Shown: one piece after another, positions 37,031 through 51,343 of the stretch | Numbering within the stretch: the first letter of the stretch is position 1 | How the letters are laid out: each line of letters begins with the position of its first letter | Assembly (NCBI RefSeq): GCF_006345805.1 | Contig: NC_043005.1 | Span: forward strand, 77,066,001-77,130,000 | Reading direction: 5' to 3' | Length of the DNA stretch: 64,000 bases | Source: Octopus sinensis | Taxonomy: Eukaryota | The notes under the pieces: generated by a model | What the model saw: only the letters and a program-made list of their open reading frames with translations | Database searches by the model: none | Told to the model about the DNA's origin: nothing | Translations under genes and position numbers: made by a program

Positions 37031-38233
37031 AATGATCGATTCCTCTTTTTATTCTATGAAAGTCTATTTAAAAGAAATATCCTCACTGAACACTTATTCT
37101 TCATTTCTTGTATTCTCATCATTTATTCTCTATTTTTAGTTAATTTTTTTGTTCTTATCTATGTTTTACATGGGTAATTTTTTTAAGCATCTGTTCCTTG
37201 TTGGTTTTTTTTACGGCATTGCTCATCAATTTCTCATACATCATCATTGTCTCTCAATAAGTGAGACGCAATGTGTCTGTCAACAGCAAGACACTTTAAA
37301 TAATCAGTAAAAAAATAAGTGCCAAAGAATAATGAAAAGATATATTTTTCTTTCTTAAAAAAATGCTATTTCTAAATTTTATGTATTATATAGATCTCGG
37401 ACAAATATAGGAACAACGATGATGATGTTTCATCAAGTCTACGATAACGTTTTGGTTTTAGCTAAGTCAGTTAATTTCGGTGTTTAACTCCTGACCGAAA
37501 TTCATTTCTTGCATCAAGACGTTTCTTTACAACTCAACTCGATCTACTAAAACAGGGTTTTAGAATGCATTCTAACGACTCACAAAGTGTTACATGATAT
37601 TTCCGTCTAATTTTATGAGATATTGTTGTGTGGTTAAGATGACACTTGCTTTTCAATCCTGTAGTTTCGATTTCGGATTCGCATCGCGTCACATTGTGTA
37701 AGTGTCTTTTATTGTAATACCGGTCCGACCAATGCTTTGTGAGAGATAGGTGGAAACTGTGCAGAATATTGTCGTGTATATATATTTATGGGTATGTGTG
37801 TGTGTGAGTGTGTTTGTACTCCCTAAGCCTTGATAACCGTGGTTTCATTGTTTACGGTTCTCCTAGCTAAGCGGTTCAGCCAAAGAGACCAATTGAATAA
37901 GTTCGAGACTTAAAAATTCGTTCGTCTAAAACCCTTCAAGGCGGTACTCCAGTATGGTCGCACTCCAGTGAGTGGAACAAGTTGAAGATAAAAGATAATC
38001 TTCGTAGAGGAATAGAGGCGGCAGAGGGAAGAGAGGGGAGACAGTAAGGAAGGAAGGAAGTATATTTGCAACTTTATTATTTCTAGTCCAAGGTTCAAGT
38101 TGCATTTTGAAAGGTATATATGGTAATTGAGTTAAATCTCTTGAATTAATGATATTGATTCTCCTTACTCAATCCAATTTAAAATAAGCTGACCCAGATT
38201 AGTTTGGGGTCTACAGTGTGGCACAGCAAAACA

Positions 38234-38598
38234 GTTCTTTTCTACTCTAGGCACACGGCCCGAATTTTTGGGGGAGGGAAGGCCAGTCGATTAGATCGAC
38301 CCCAGTGCGTAACTGGTACTTAATTTATCGAAAAGATGAAAGGCAGAACGTAAAGACAGACGAAATACCTATTTCTTTACTACCCACAAGAGGCTAAACA
38401 TAGAGAAAACAAACAAGGACAGACAAACGGATTAAGTCGATTATATCGACCCCAGTACGTAACTGGATACTTAATTTATCGACCCCGAAAGGATGAAAGG
38501 CAAAGTCGACTTCGGCGGAATTTGAACTCAGAAAGTAGCGGCAGACGAAATACGGCTATGCATTTCGCCCGGCGTGCTAACGGTTCTGCCAGCTCGCC
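38234..38598 (-). mobile_element. SINE family A dimer
   Basis: Same A1-tail to partial head to A2-tail layout as 20542-20930, with a deletion in the second unit. Confidence 0.8.
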
Positions 38599-39060
38599 GT
38601 CTTTCGTAAAGACGTACGTAATGCCACTAAGGATTTTGCCCGGCGTGCCAACGATTCTGCCAGCTCATCGCCCAGCACAACAAAACAGCTGTTGCAGGGT
38701 ATTTAGTCTGAACATTAGTAAATTGAAATATACCGTACTGTTGTCTGTTGTGTAGGTTAGTAATATAGTAATAAATAGCCGCATAACTTTTTCCGTTATC
38801 AAAAACGAAATTGTTTAAATTCAACTGATATTTTAAACGTTTGTTCTTTTAAGAGTAGTAAAAGAAAAAGTACTGTAGTACTATGTTCGTTTCCTTCCTT
38901 TTAGTGTGTTTCCTGCTTTTGGCAGAGTTGAGTATCTGTCATAGATGCTGTTCTAGCTTTCGTTCTTCATTTTGTGAAAGAGTTTGATGCCTTTGCCCTC
39001 ATATACGCTTTTGAATCAGATACAGATTGATCTAGGAGATTATGCATTACAATGTTCAAA

Positions 39061-39324
39061 TAAATAATAAATAAATGCGCCCTTTTAAAGCCTAGCCGGG
39101 CTCATGGGCCCGGTTTCCCGGTTTCAATAGCGTATGTGTTCCCCAGCTGGACGGGACACCAGTCCAGCGCAGCGTTACTCATTTTTAGCCAGCTGAGTGG
39201 ACTGGAACAACGTGAAATGAAGTGTTTTGCTCAAGAACACAACGTGTTGCCCGGTCCAGGAATCGAAACCACAATCTTACGATCATGATGCTGACATCCT
39301 AACCACTAAGCCACGCGCCTCCAC
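39061..39324 (-). mobile_element. SINE family D with 12-bp TSD
   Basis: TSD acaatgttcaaa at 39049-39060 and 39325-39336. A box tggcttagtgg, B box ggtttcgattc, (TTTA)-like tail. Confidence 0.9.
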
Positions 39325-39449
39325 ACAATGTTCAAAAATTGTTTGAATTTGTTGATATATAATCCCTGAAAATCTATTACCGTTCTGATATGATATTAAA
39401 GAATTGTAATCCTAATTCAATGCAGAAATTGTTGAACTATCAGCACTGT

Positions 39450-39900
39450 TTAGAGAGACGATTGGTATAGATTTAAATGCCAACATTTATTATCATCTCC
39501 TCTGAAATATTTCGTCGGCAATTTAAAGCTTATTCTTCTATAGTAGTAGGATGACATTTGGATTGTTTTCCGTTACGGTGACCTTATTAGGCAACCATAG
39601 CACAAAGTAATATTCCAGACACTGGAAAAATTTCTCTTTTACCGAAGAAACAAAAATTTCTTATGCTTTCAGAATCTATGCATCCTTCCACCTGACGCTA
39701 AGTTACTGCCACCTTTCGTAAGCTATGCATGGAATAATGCATCTTTATTCATAATATTTCCCAGTATAGATACCGATCTTATACTCTGGAATTGCAATCT
39801 CTTCTAGTAATGTGTAGCCAGCTTGTAATACGCTACAAATATGATCGCCGGACGCTTTAAGCTATAATTGAATTTTGTATGATTCATGAGTAAGTTAGGA
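39450..39900 (-). mobile_element. Highly degenerate LINE APE-endonuclease remnant
   Basis: Minus-strand pieces resemble the APE motifs II..A..WL..EIAIPEY. Many disruptions. Confidence 0.3.
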
Positions 39901-40079
39901 TAAGGAACGTAGTAACTATGACAATTTTACTCGTTCTACTGATGGAACAAATGGAATCGACGCAATGTCTAATATATTCTCTTATTCTTTTACTTGTTTC
40001 AGCCATTTTGACTGCGGCCATTTTGACTGCTGGGGAAATATGTATATGTATGTTCAGATGTATGAATAATCTTAAGATA

Positions 40080-41650
40080 TGGCTTGGACTTCTTCAAATA
40101 TCTCTCAGAAAACTGGAAACGGTACCTAGATGACTGCCAAATCCTTTGGACGCACACATTTGAACAAGGCATAGTTTTTAAAAAACCTAATCAACAGCAT
40201 AAACAGTATCAACTTCACCATGGAATACAGTAAAGCTAAACTACCATACTTGGGCATACTAATCATCAAAAGAGAGAAAAACAATGAAGCAGAATTCATT
40301 ACAAACAGATTGTAAACAATACCAACTGTTCTCCTCATGTCATCCCAAACATACAAAAAATAATTTTCGATCTAATCTCGCAACAAGAATATGCACAATT
40401 GTCTCAAACCCTAAAACTCGCAATAAAAGACTCCAGGAATTAAAACAGATACTATTTAAAAGACAATATTCATTAATGTTAATAGACAACGGAATTGAAT
40501 GTGCCAAATCAATAGATATCCAATAACTTAGAGAAACAAAATTCCCGCATGAAGTTGCAGACACAGATGAAAAGCGTTTCATCACTAAAGGATTAAAATT
40601 CATCCTCAAAAACAACATTATTGACTTCGATGGCAATATTCCTTTCTATTCGTTTCTACTCTAGACATAAGGCCCGAAATTTTGTGGGAAGGGGTCAGTC
40701 GATTAGATCGATCCCCAGTACGCAACTGGTACTTATTTTATCAACCCCGAAATGATGAAAAGCAAAGTCGACCTCGGCGGAATTTGAACTCAGAACGTAC
40801 AGACAGTCGAAATACTGTGTGCTTAATGTTTCTGCCAGCTTGCCGCCTTTTTACGTATATATATATTATACGATTAAATAATATTAAGTAATATTACGAT
40901 TAAGCAAATATCTGGAACTGCAATGGCGACAAAAGTTGCTCCAACTTACGCCAATCTAGTTATGCCATACATGGAGGTCCAAATATATAAATAATCTAAA
41001 TTAAAATATGGCCTGGACTTCCACAAATATCAACTAGAATAGTGTTCCAGATACATCCAATATTCTATCCGTTATTACAACACACAACCCAAGAAACACA
41101 GAGGTTTACAGTATTATCCACCAGAACATCCCACTAGTTAGACAAGACCCAGCAATGGAAGAAGCATTCGAAATACACAAAATAATTAAACGTGAAAGAC
41201 AATGAAAGTCCCTGAAAATATTCCTTACTTGCGCTAAATTACCTTCCACAATTCTCACACCGACAGTCAAAAAGTGTGGCCTCCACAAATGCAGGATTTT
41301 CATCTGTCTTATTGATGACACACTATACGAATTCAAATCAGGACAGAATTTTACCTTAAAAAGTTATTTTACATGTTATACAAGGAACGTATTACAAGCT
41401 ATCAAATGTCAAGGATGTATTGAAGATTATACAGGTCAAACAAAGTTTACTCTAAGAAATAGACTGACCATTCACCGACAACAAATACGAGGTCCCAGTA
41501 CTAAATAGATTCCACTGAGCAGCTACATAGACATATGTACTAAAAATATGTTGCCCAAATTGCAGGTCTTCCCATTCTACCTATGTTCAGTGAATACCGC
41601 AGATGAAGCAGGGATAAACACAAAATACTTTCATACAAAAGTAGAAACGG
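40080..41650 (+). mobile_element. Degenerate, rearranged Penelope-like element (RT plus GIY-YIG)
   Basis: WKRYLDDCQILW, FTMEYSKAKLPYLGILI, SSCHPKHTK..RICTIVS, GTAMATKVAPTYANLVM, and CQGCIEDYTGQTKFTLRNRLTIHRQQI. SINE A inserted at about 40645-40850. Confidence 0.85.
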
Positions 41651-42977
41651 AGACTAAACAAACTTTAACAGTGTACATACACAAATAACTATTCACACGA
41701 AAAATTCATCTTGTCACTAAACATGAGGAACTTACATAGCTTACAACGTAGTCTTTAGCCTCTGGCCTACTTGCGAACTACTTTGTGGTCTTCCACCTGG
41801 CAGATTAAATTTAGTGTGCCTCTATTGTGTCGGCCTGAATTGTAGGCGCAAAACATACTGTCACACGACACTAACACATGGATATAGCTAGAAACGTACA
41901 AAAGTTTCTAAAATTAATCACGTGTTTCTTACACTTTTCAGTGAGTAGCGGATAATCAACTATCTTTCGATTCAGACGCAACACAAGCTACACTTTCAGG
42001 TCTTTGGGATAATGTTTTCAGACATAATCCGATAGGTGTACCATTAATTCCGTGAAATATTCAGGGGTCCCGCTAGTAATTAAATTATTCTACGAGAATA
42101 TATAAGCAATATTTTACTAGTGTCTGCTCCAGTTATAAACCAAACGATGAATTAAATCTTCCAACCATTAACAAAAACCGACCCAACGAAGTGCTTCTGG
42201 CCATTTTGTGTCTGCCAAATTTCATTCAAAAGCTTGCAGTTGATCCCAGGCTAAAATTTAATAATATCACTCAGGGAGATTGAAACAGGAACCATGTAGT
42301 TGCGAAGACTAATTAATACATACATTGCATGTTAGTACCAAAAAATATGCAAGTAATGTAATGCGCATAATTAACTTTACGATGCGCAAAACGAGGGGAA
42401 ATGATTTTTTTCTTGCAATAGCACTTCTAAAACATAAATAATAGGATACACATCAGCTAAAATAATACTGCATGACTAAATAAGTTCTTTTTAATGTTTT
42501 AATCATTAAATATACTTCAGCCTACAGAAATGTTTGATTACCAAGCGCATAGCTTATCAAATGAATTATTTTGTCAATATTCGTCTACTTGACGCTAACA
42601 ATTGTACTATCTAGCACACTCAGCGATTCTTTTGCTAAAAATTTTCAAAAGAATAACTGCACTGTTTCAATTATTAACAACACTTGTATTTCTAAATCAA
42701 TAATATGGTTTTTAACCACTAATTTTGCCTATCATTATACTTAAGTGCAGTAACTGTTAAAATGTTTCTTAGGAGATGTATAACTTATATTGTGGCTTCG
42801 GTTTTCTCGCTTATTAATTGTGAATCAAGAACCTAGCTTTGATTCTAGAGAAAGTGACAGTCAGTATACAACCGTCTGTTCAACTTAAAATGAAAATCTA
42901 CGTATTAAATGTTAAAAATATAACGCTTTTGACTAGCACATACACATGCGCACATGTATTTTATCTTTTATTTCCCA

Positions 42978-43200
42978 CTCGTTTCAGTCTTTGGGCTATG
43001 GCCATGCTGGGGTACTACTCTGAAATGTTTCTAGTTATTTTAAAGTTTGGTTCTTGTTCTATCGGACCGTTTTACCGAACCGCTAGGTTGTCTTGCATGT
43101 GTGAGACAAACACAAGCACAGACACAAACACACAAGCACAAGCAAACACACACAAACACAGACACACACACGCACTCACACACACACACACTCACACACA

Positions 43201-43269
<69 letters not shown>

Positions 43270-43502
43270 GTACTCACACACAAGCACAAACATATACACA
43301 CACACATACATGCACACGCGTGCACTCACATACACACATACAGCAAGATTCTTTCTGTTTCCGTCTACCAAACCCATTCACAAGGTTTGGTAGATTCGGG
43401 GCTATAATGGAGGACGTTTGCACAAAGTACCGCACAGAGCAACTGAACCGGAAACCATGTGGCTGGAAAGAAAATTCTCACCCAAACAGTCACGCCTGTA
43501 CC
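42978..43502 (-). mobile_element. SINE family C with expanded internal (AC)n/(AT)n linker
   Basis: Head at about 43500 and tail at about 42980, separated by a microsatellite-expanded linker. Confidence 0.75.
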
Positions 43503-43539
43503 TTTATGTACACTTTTTCATTGCTTACTAAGTCCAGAA

Positions 43540-44400
43540 GAAGAGGAGGTGCAGCACCATTCACCTTCGCAAGCTTTCCAGCATCGGTGAGATTGATGTC
43601 GCTAAAGTTCTACATTTTACAATTCGACACCATTTTACAATTCGATCAAGAAAGATGTGAGAAGGGAGGGCATTTGATCATCACAGTAGTCTATCATGGA
43701 CCAACGGCCGGATTACTAAATCTCACTTTGAAGGGTATGCATTTACATACCCTTCAAAGAAACAGGGAATAGGATCAGGAATAGGCAATAGCAACCAAAA
43801 CCTGATGCATAAAAGAGATAGAAGAACAAGAGACACCAAAATGTGTTAACCAATGCAAGATTTGTGAAGTTAATGCCAAAGATATCACCCTCATCATGAA
43901 CAGTCATCATGGTATTATCTACTGATGAGACTTCATATTGTAGTCAAGACACTGTATTATGAGATTTCGTCGGAAGCATAATCCTCTGGCCAAAGAAATA
44001 AGAACCCGCAGTATGGAAGAGACTATAGCCAGTCATAATATGAAAGAGTATTGGTGGAATGTCCCAGTGATAACTATAATAAAATGTAAGCATGATAGAG
44101 CAGGCATAGTGATTTGGGATAGAGAAGAGAAACTGTGTACAAGCGGATGTTAGCATAAAGCTAGAGATCAGTGAAAATGAAAATACCTACGCTGAACTAT
44201 TAAGAAATTTACACCTACTCTACTCGAATTACAAATTGAGGTTAATACCTGTGTTTATTGGGCACTGGGATATGTCATATACGGCCTAAGCACCAATCTT
44301 GAGAAATTAGGCTTCTCAGAAACAGAAACAAAGTGCAAGATTACAGATTCGAGACGTCAATGGAACTGTAAAAATTTGTAAAACTTTCCAGAAGTTTATT
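43540..44400 (+). mobile_element. Old RLE-type LINE 3' fragment
   Basis: EYWWNVPV..IKCKHDRAGIVIWDREEKLC and YAELLRNLHLLY..IPVFIGALG-like motifs with stops. Same old family as 2100-2470. Confidence 0.7.
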
Positions 44401-45899
44401 ATTTAAGTATATATGCGAATGTCTAGACAAGCAAATATATGCATGATGATACATAGATAAAAGACAACATACAAATTTGCATATGTACTGGCTCCAAATA
44501 CAGCACATTACACACAAACATGCACAAAAAAACTCTGCTGATGTTTGAAATTCCAAAGAATGAGATTTGGATCTAGGTTAGAAACCGGCTCTTTCTCTAC
44601 TGATAGGAAATCTTGAAATAAACTGAATAATAGCATGCACAGGGTCCGTTACGTCTTTGTATAGATCCCTGTATGCAGGCTTACAAACCGATCTTACGAT
44701 TATTGGCCAATTCAAGCTAGCAATAACTCGAAAATCTGTCGAAAATCATTCATTTGCGCGCTCACACTTTTGATGAAATGCAATTTGATAGAGAAATGGC
44801 TGAGACATAATGAGGCATAAAGAAATAGAGGTTTCATTGGTATAGTTTCATTTGTTTCTTTTTTCTAATTTGCATTTCGTTGTTTGCGTCATTTTCCAAT
44901 GATTTATTTATTTAAACTGAAAAACCTGATACTTCTAGATATCGAGAAAGAAAAAAATATTTTCACAACGGAAACGAAAAGAAGATTGCATCTGACTCAC
45001 ATGTGTAATTTCCATTCTTTTCTCAAATACACTTGCAGTAGTAGGCTTCCTACACAGTTGATTCCCTTCACTATCACTCTCCATCGTATTTCTCATTAAT
45101 ATTTTTATTCTCGTTATTTCCCCATATCATTCCACCGTACTTTTTCTCTCTCTCTGTCTCTCGCTCACTCTCTCACATGCTCTTTATCAATCATCTTCCT
45201 CTATGCAGTGTTGTTTCTTTGTTGCTGTATTCCTGGAGAATCCTATGCGCTTGCCAGGACAGCAAACAAGACACCAATTACTGAACGTCTTCATTACTTC
45301 ACTCCATTGATCTCCTAACTAGCTGGCTGCTGGATTGCAGTTAGAGAAACTGAATCTCATTAAAACAACTTTGATATCACTGCTCTGCTCTTGGCAAAAA
45401 TTTACAAACAGTCGGGCAGTCAAGGTGCGGGGTTTAGTGGTTATGACTGACAATAGAAATCTACAATTTATCATTGGACGCCATTAAAAGCTGCAAAAAT
45501 TTCTATGGAGGGTTAAAAAAAAACTACAAATAAATTGATAGTCTTGCGCGTAACCAACGTATAAATTGGCAAGCTGGATTTCTATTTATAAATGTTGCTG
45601 CATATGAGCTCAAGTGAATAGTAATGTAAAAGCATAGAGAGAAAATGATAATCTATTTTTGTGGATTAATTATCCGAACAGTTGAATAATTAATAATTAA
45701 GGTATTTAAACAAATTAAGGGACGCCGTTTATTGATTCTCCAGTTATTATTTCCGAGAAAAAGATTATGAAAGTATTGGCCAAATTTGAAATGGTAATCT
45801 ATATTTTCTTCAAACTTTCAATTTATCCTAAATATCTCTTGATATTCTCGAGGAATCGGTGATATTAGTCCAGTTTTCGCATCCATATTTCGGATGTGT

Positions 45900-46720
45900 G
45901 TGTGTGCGTGTGTGTAAGTGACTTTCGAGGGGTATATTATTCGGGTGGATACCGTATTAGCTCTCAGATAAGTTCCAGTTAGCGGCTAGCCTCAACAATC
46001 TGTATCTAACGTCTGTGACTACAATTACTTGTTAGTCACTCTGTGAATTCTTCGGATGGGTAATTCCGTGCACTCTTCGCTGGACGGTAAGACATATCTT
46101 GAGTATATATTACTATTTAAAATATAATAAAATGTATGGAGACTTCTACATCCACAAAATTTATTTTATAGTTATATATAGTATATTGCAATGACCTACA
46201 TGTGTTTCCGCTGTAGCGACTACTCAGTTGCAATATCATTGGTGCAGCTCAATCTGGGTCTGTCCATTTTGGTTATCCTCGAGGTGAACTGACTGAAGTA
46301 AATTTTTGTTAGTTGGTGTTCTGTGGTAGGTGGGAGTATTGTTATTTATAGGCATGTGTTGTTGATCTCAACTTCACCCCAGTTGCTGTCCGAAGTTAGG
46401 GCTTCGTCTTAAAATAGGTCGAGTTCGAGAGAATTCTTTTTGCCAGGCTCTTTGTTACTTTTAACAATTGTGTGTGTTATGGCTTTGATTTCGAATTTAG
46501 TACTTGTATTGAGGAGTTCATGTTTGTTTATCTTCCCTTTTTGGTTGGGCTGCTCATGATTTGTGTTATGCATTGGGTAGAGTATTTGTTTCGTTTTAAT
46601 ATTGATTGTTACTAAATGCTTTTATGTTTAGGTTATGTTATTCTATTTCTCATATCAAGTTCGATTGTTGGTGGGGTTTTGGCTATCTAGAATCATGCCT
46701 ATATCTCTTAAAGGTCCTAC
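45900..46720 (-). mobile_element. Possible second degenerate Penelope-like fragment
   Basis: A/C-rich minus strand with weak GIY-YIG-region-like residues (CN.LYI..CGC). Poorly conserved. Confidence 0.25.
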
Positions 46721-46839
46721 TTAATACAAATTTATTTTAATCAGTTCTCTTCGAGGATGACCAAAAGGACGGACCCTCAGGAAGCTGCACCGACAATATT
46801 GCAAGGTAGCATTTGTAACAGTGAATAGTCAATACAGCA

Positions 46840-47125
46840 GGAGGCGCAATGGCCTAGTGGTTAGGGCAGCGGACTCGCGGTCGGAGGATCGCGGTTTCGA
46901 TTCCCAGACCGGGCGTTGTGTGTGTCCCCGACTTCCTACGCAACCGCTGAGCCGGGATGCGCATTCATCCATTCGTCGATGCTCTCGGTGTCGGGGGTTG
47001 ACATGCTTTCTCTTCTGGAGGTCTTACGAATAGCAAAGGACCACGATTCGGATTTCTCCCACTGCGAGCTCTGGGACGAAGACCGTTTCGCTCAACAGCA
47101 CAGGTTGCTGCAGCAGAAACACACG
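46840..47125 (+). mobile_element. SINE B tRNA head fused to about 200 bp of GC/CpG-rich foreign sequence
   Basis: 46840-46924 matches the family-B head, then diverges abruptly into a GC-rich segment not found in other B copies. Confidence 0.6.
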
Positions 47126-47216
47126 TCAGTCATTATAATATGATGTATATAACTACAGAATTAATATTGTGGATGTACAATTCTCCATACTTTGTATTAT
47201 TATTAATACACGCACT

Positions 47217-47279
<63 letters not shown>

Positions 47280-47914
47280 GTATAACCCAAGTTTTTTGCT
47301 GTCACTGCTGGTAGTTTGAGTTGTATGCCATAGAAAACTCGTGGATTTGCGAACATCTATATCACCCTTGATAGTAAAGGCTGCATTCCTTCTATGTTCA
47401 TGCATCATCATGGCGGAGAAAATGTAATAGAATTTTAAAGTCTTGATTACTTCAGGGAACGACTGCGAATAAAATCCAGTCGTACGTCCCTTGTACCCTT
47501 CGGAAATTAGAAGCGATTTAATATCTTTCTCAATGAATTTCCTCCGTTGGTGCTGATTGATTTATCGTTGATAGATTATTTTACAAAGTCTACAGCGATT
47601 TCTAAATTGCCATAAACACCTGTCTCTTGTGCAGAATTATTGATGCCCGTATATATAATTAAGTTTTTGGCAGTCACGCTTTTAATTTACTCACTGCAGA
47701 GGTTTTTATTAGAGAACTGTAATGGACTTTACTAACACCGCCTCAAAATTAGAGTCATTTGCAACTCTCATATACATCATTGTACCAACAGATGTTGATT
47801 TGAATTAGCATCAACACTAAGTATAGTATCTGAAGCAAATTGTAGTGATCTTGTTTCAAGTTTGCGTATATTCAATATTATACCTTTGAAAATTTTAAAT
47901 TTCATGTAAGGCGA

Positions 47915-48385
47915 CGAGCTGGCAGAATCATTAACACACCGGCGGGGAGGTGGCAGAATCATTAATACCCTGCCGGCAGTTGGCAGAAAGGCAGCGAGTT
48001 GGCAGAATCGTTAGCACGCCGGGCGAAATGCCTAGCGATTTTTGAGTTCACATTCCGCCGAGGTCGACTTTGCCTTTCATCCTTTTGGGGTCGATAAATT
48101 AAGTACCAATTACGCACTGGGATCGATGTATTCGACTTAATCTCTTTGTCTGTCCTTGGTTGTCCCCCTTTTGAGCAATAAAGAAATACGAATCATTAAT
48201 AACCTGGACGCAATGCTCAGTAACGTTTCGTCTGTATTTACCTTCTGAGTTCAAATTCCGCCGAGGTCGATTTTTGCTTTTCATCCTCTTCGGGCTTGAT
48301 AAAATTAGTACCAGCTGAACACTGGGGTCGCTCTAATCAACTTACTCCTGACCTTGCTGGTTTTGTACCAAAATTTGAAACCATA
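47915..48385 (+). mobile_element. SINE family A dimer preceded by repeated head fragments
   Basis: Four tggcagaa head starts at 47915-48010, then two body copies. Confidence 0.75.
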
Positions 48386-49026
48386 ATTGTAAACTTCACG
48401 AAGATAATCCACCAAAAAACAATGTCTCTGACTCCCTTACAAGTTCCGGTTTCTGGTTTACAGACTGAGTAATATATTTAGCGTTAGACAATTATTCTTT
48501 CAAGGAGTCATAATGTAGAATACAAGACTAAACAATACTCACTCACTGGAATATCAGTGGCAATAAGCTTGGGAACATAAGTTATATGAATATAAAATGT
48601 TGCCGCAAAAAGAGAAATTAATATTTAGAAAAGGAGTTTAAGTTTAAAAAAATGTTCAGCGGACTTATTGATACTTCTTCACACCAGGAAAATGAAGTGT
48701 TTATTAGACAGGAGTGTGAAAGAGTATAAGGTAAAGTAAGAAAGCATGTTTCATATGAATAATTGGTTTAAATTTTAAAACTTATATTATTCTTACATTC
48801 ACCGTTAATATACATTGAAATGTTATGACCTAAACTTTCCTTACATTATGTAATATAGAGAATTTCTTTCATCATTTCACGAAGCAGAATCTAACACTTT
48901 TCTCCTCTCATTCTCGCATACACATTATAAAATACACGAACCCGCAAACGCGCTCTTTCTCACTTTTTCTCGCTCTCCCTTTGTCTATCTCTCACACACA
49001 CATACACACGCACACAACTACACACC

Positions 49027-49057
<31 letters not shown>

Positions 49058-49528
49058 CATCTCTCTGTCTTTGCCCACACCTCTCACACTACATCTCTCT
49101 CTCTTTCTTTGCCTACACCACTCTCTCTCTCTCTCTTCCCATATCTCTTTTTCATACACTGCATTACCCTCTTACCTTGTCACTCAATCTTTCTGTACCT
49201 GAGAAGTCCAGTCTATTCAACACCTTCTGCCAGACAAAACCAACACCACCAAAATATAGATCAGACTTCAATGGACTTACGGCATTGGTACTGTAGTTTT
49301 AAAATTCACACGATTACATTCTTCATAAATATTTCAAACTGTTGATTTATATCTCAAGCATAAAATTCTATAATTCCATTTTTATTTCTAACGCTAAACT
49401 TATATACCTACCGTGGTACACAACTCACAGTTGGTCTCAAACAACAACAACACGTCGAGAAATAATGATACCAAAACACGAGTAAACAAAATAATGGGAA
49501 ACAAACGACAACAACAACAACAACAGCA

Positions 49529-49562
<34 letters not shown>

Positions 49563-50414
49563 TACTACTACTACTACTGATATTACTACTACTACTACTA
49601 CAAGTTACCATTACCTTAATGTTAAATGGAATAAGTGTTAAATTGAGAAAAGAATATTTCGCTAAATGCAATTTAAAACAAAATAATATTCTGAAGCATC
49701 GCCAAATGATTGTGAATCAGAAAATTGCAAACAAGCCATTAAAAAACCAATTTGTAACTATGACAGATCTAACTATGCTTCATGCGGCTGCAGACACGCA
49801 TATAATTATACACAAGTTGCACATAAGCACAGGCGTGGATGTGCGGTAAGAAGTTCTGGGTTCAATCCCACAGCGTGGAATCATGGGTAGTTTTCTTCTA
49901 TTATAGCCTCAAGCCAGGTAAAGTCTTGTGAGTAGATTTAGTAGAGGGAAACTGAAAGAAGCCTGTCGTATATTTGTTCATTTATGCGTTTCATTTCAAA
50001 GGCTGTTGCTGTGTGAGGGCAGAGTGCAGAGGGCACCGCCAAGAAAATATTGGTGTCAGATTTTGGCACAAAGCCAGCAGTTTCGAGGAAGTGGTGAAGT
50101 CGGTTACATCAACCCCGATGATCAGCTGGTACTTATTTTACCGACTCCGAAAGGGATGCGAGGCAAATCAACCTCGTCGGAATTTGAACTCAGGACGTAA
50201 AGGCGGACGAAATGCCGCTAAGAATTTTACCCCGTGTGCTAACGTATCTACCACACACGCGCGCACGCACGCACGCACATGCTTATGCGCGCACACAAAC
50301 ACACACACACATCCACATACGAGGACTTAAACACACTAACACGGGTTATCAGCCGATGGTGGGGGACAAACAAAAACACAAATACACACATGTCGTATAT
50401 CTATCTATCTATCT

Positions 50415-50462
<48 letters not shown>

Positions 50463-51121
50463 TTCTTTTATATATGTATGTGTAGGTATATGTTTGTGTG
50501 TTTGTTTATCCCCCCAGCATCGGCTTGACAACCGCTGTTGGTGTGTTTACGTCGCCGTAACTTAGTAGTCCGTCAAAAAGACCAAAATAATAATTATTAA
50601 GCTTTAAAAGATAAGTGGTGGGATTGATTCGTTCGACTAAAAATTTTTCAAGGCGGTGCCCCAGGATGGCCGCAATCTAATAACTGAAGCAAATAAATGA
50701 TAGAAGGAGAGATAAAAGATTTACTGTCATGCATACAAGAGCACACATCATATAAACACATTATATTCACATTATATACATGGTGCCCCATCAATAAGGC
50801 GACAGTTACACAGATTTTTATATTTGAAGACTTATGAATTGTGAGCCAAATATATTTGAATGTCTTAGTGTAACTGTATTTGTGTGTGAATGCGTGTCGA
50901 TAAGCATGTGTAAGTGTGTATGTATGTGATGTATGTGCACACTCAAACAAGCACACGCATGCACATATGCAGTCATACATACACACACGTATATATGGTG
51001 TGTGTGTGTTTGTGAGATATATATATGTGTCTCTGTGTGTGTATATACCTCGTTCAGAGATTTATTATTGTGTGCGTGTATATATAATATATATATATTA
51101 TATATATATATAATATATATA

Positions 51122-51152
<31 letters not shown>

Positions 51153-51343
51153 TAAATAGATAGAGAGATAGATTGATAGATAAATAGATAGATAGAGAGA
51201 GAGAGAGAGAGAAAAATACTCACGCTTATAAACACTAAAACGAAAGTAGAGCCAACATATGTGTGTGTATGTGTGTGTGTTTGCGCACAAGTATTTTTGT
51301 AGGAGTCAACGAGACAAGCCTAAATAACTCCACCTACTGAAAA

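Noticed and set aside
43726-43757. 13-bp perfect hairpin tttgaagggtatg/catacccttcaaa
   Set aside because: Small local inverted duplication inside a decayed LINE; no functional context.
43047-43772. Longest ORF in the track (241 aa)
   Set aside because: Runs through a SINE, an (AC)n/(AT)n tract and a decayed LINE; not a gene.
44555-44600. gaaaccggctcttt, possible decayed HHR
   Set aside because: The CUGANGA core is not recognisable; too degenerate to support.
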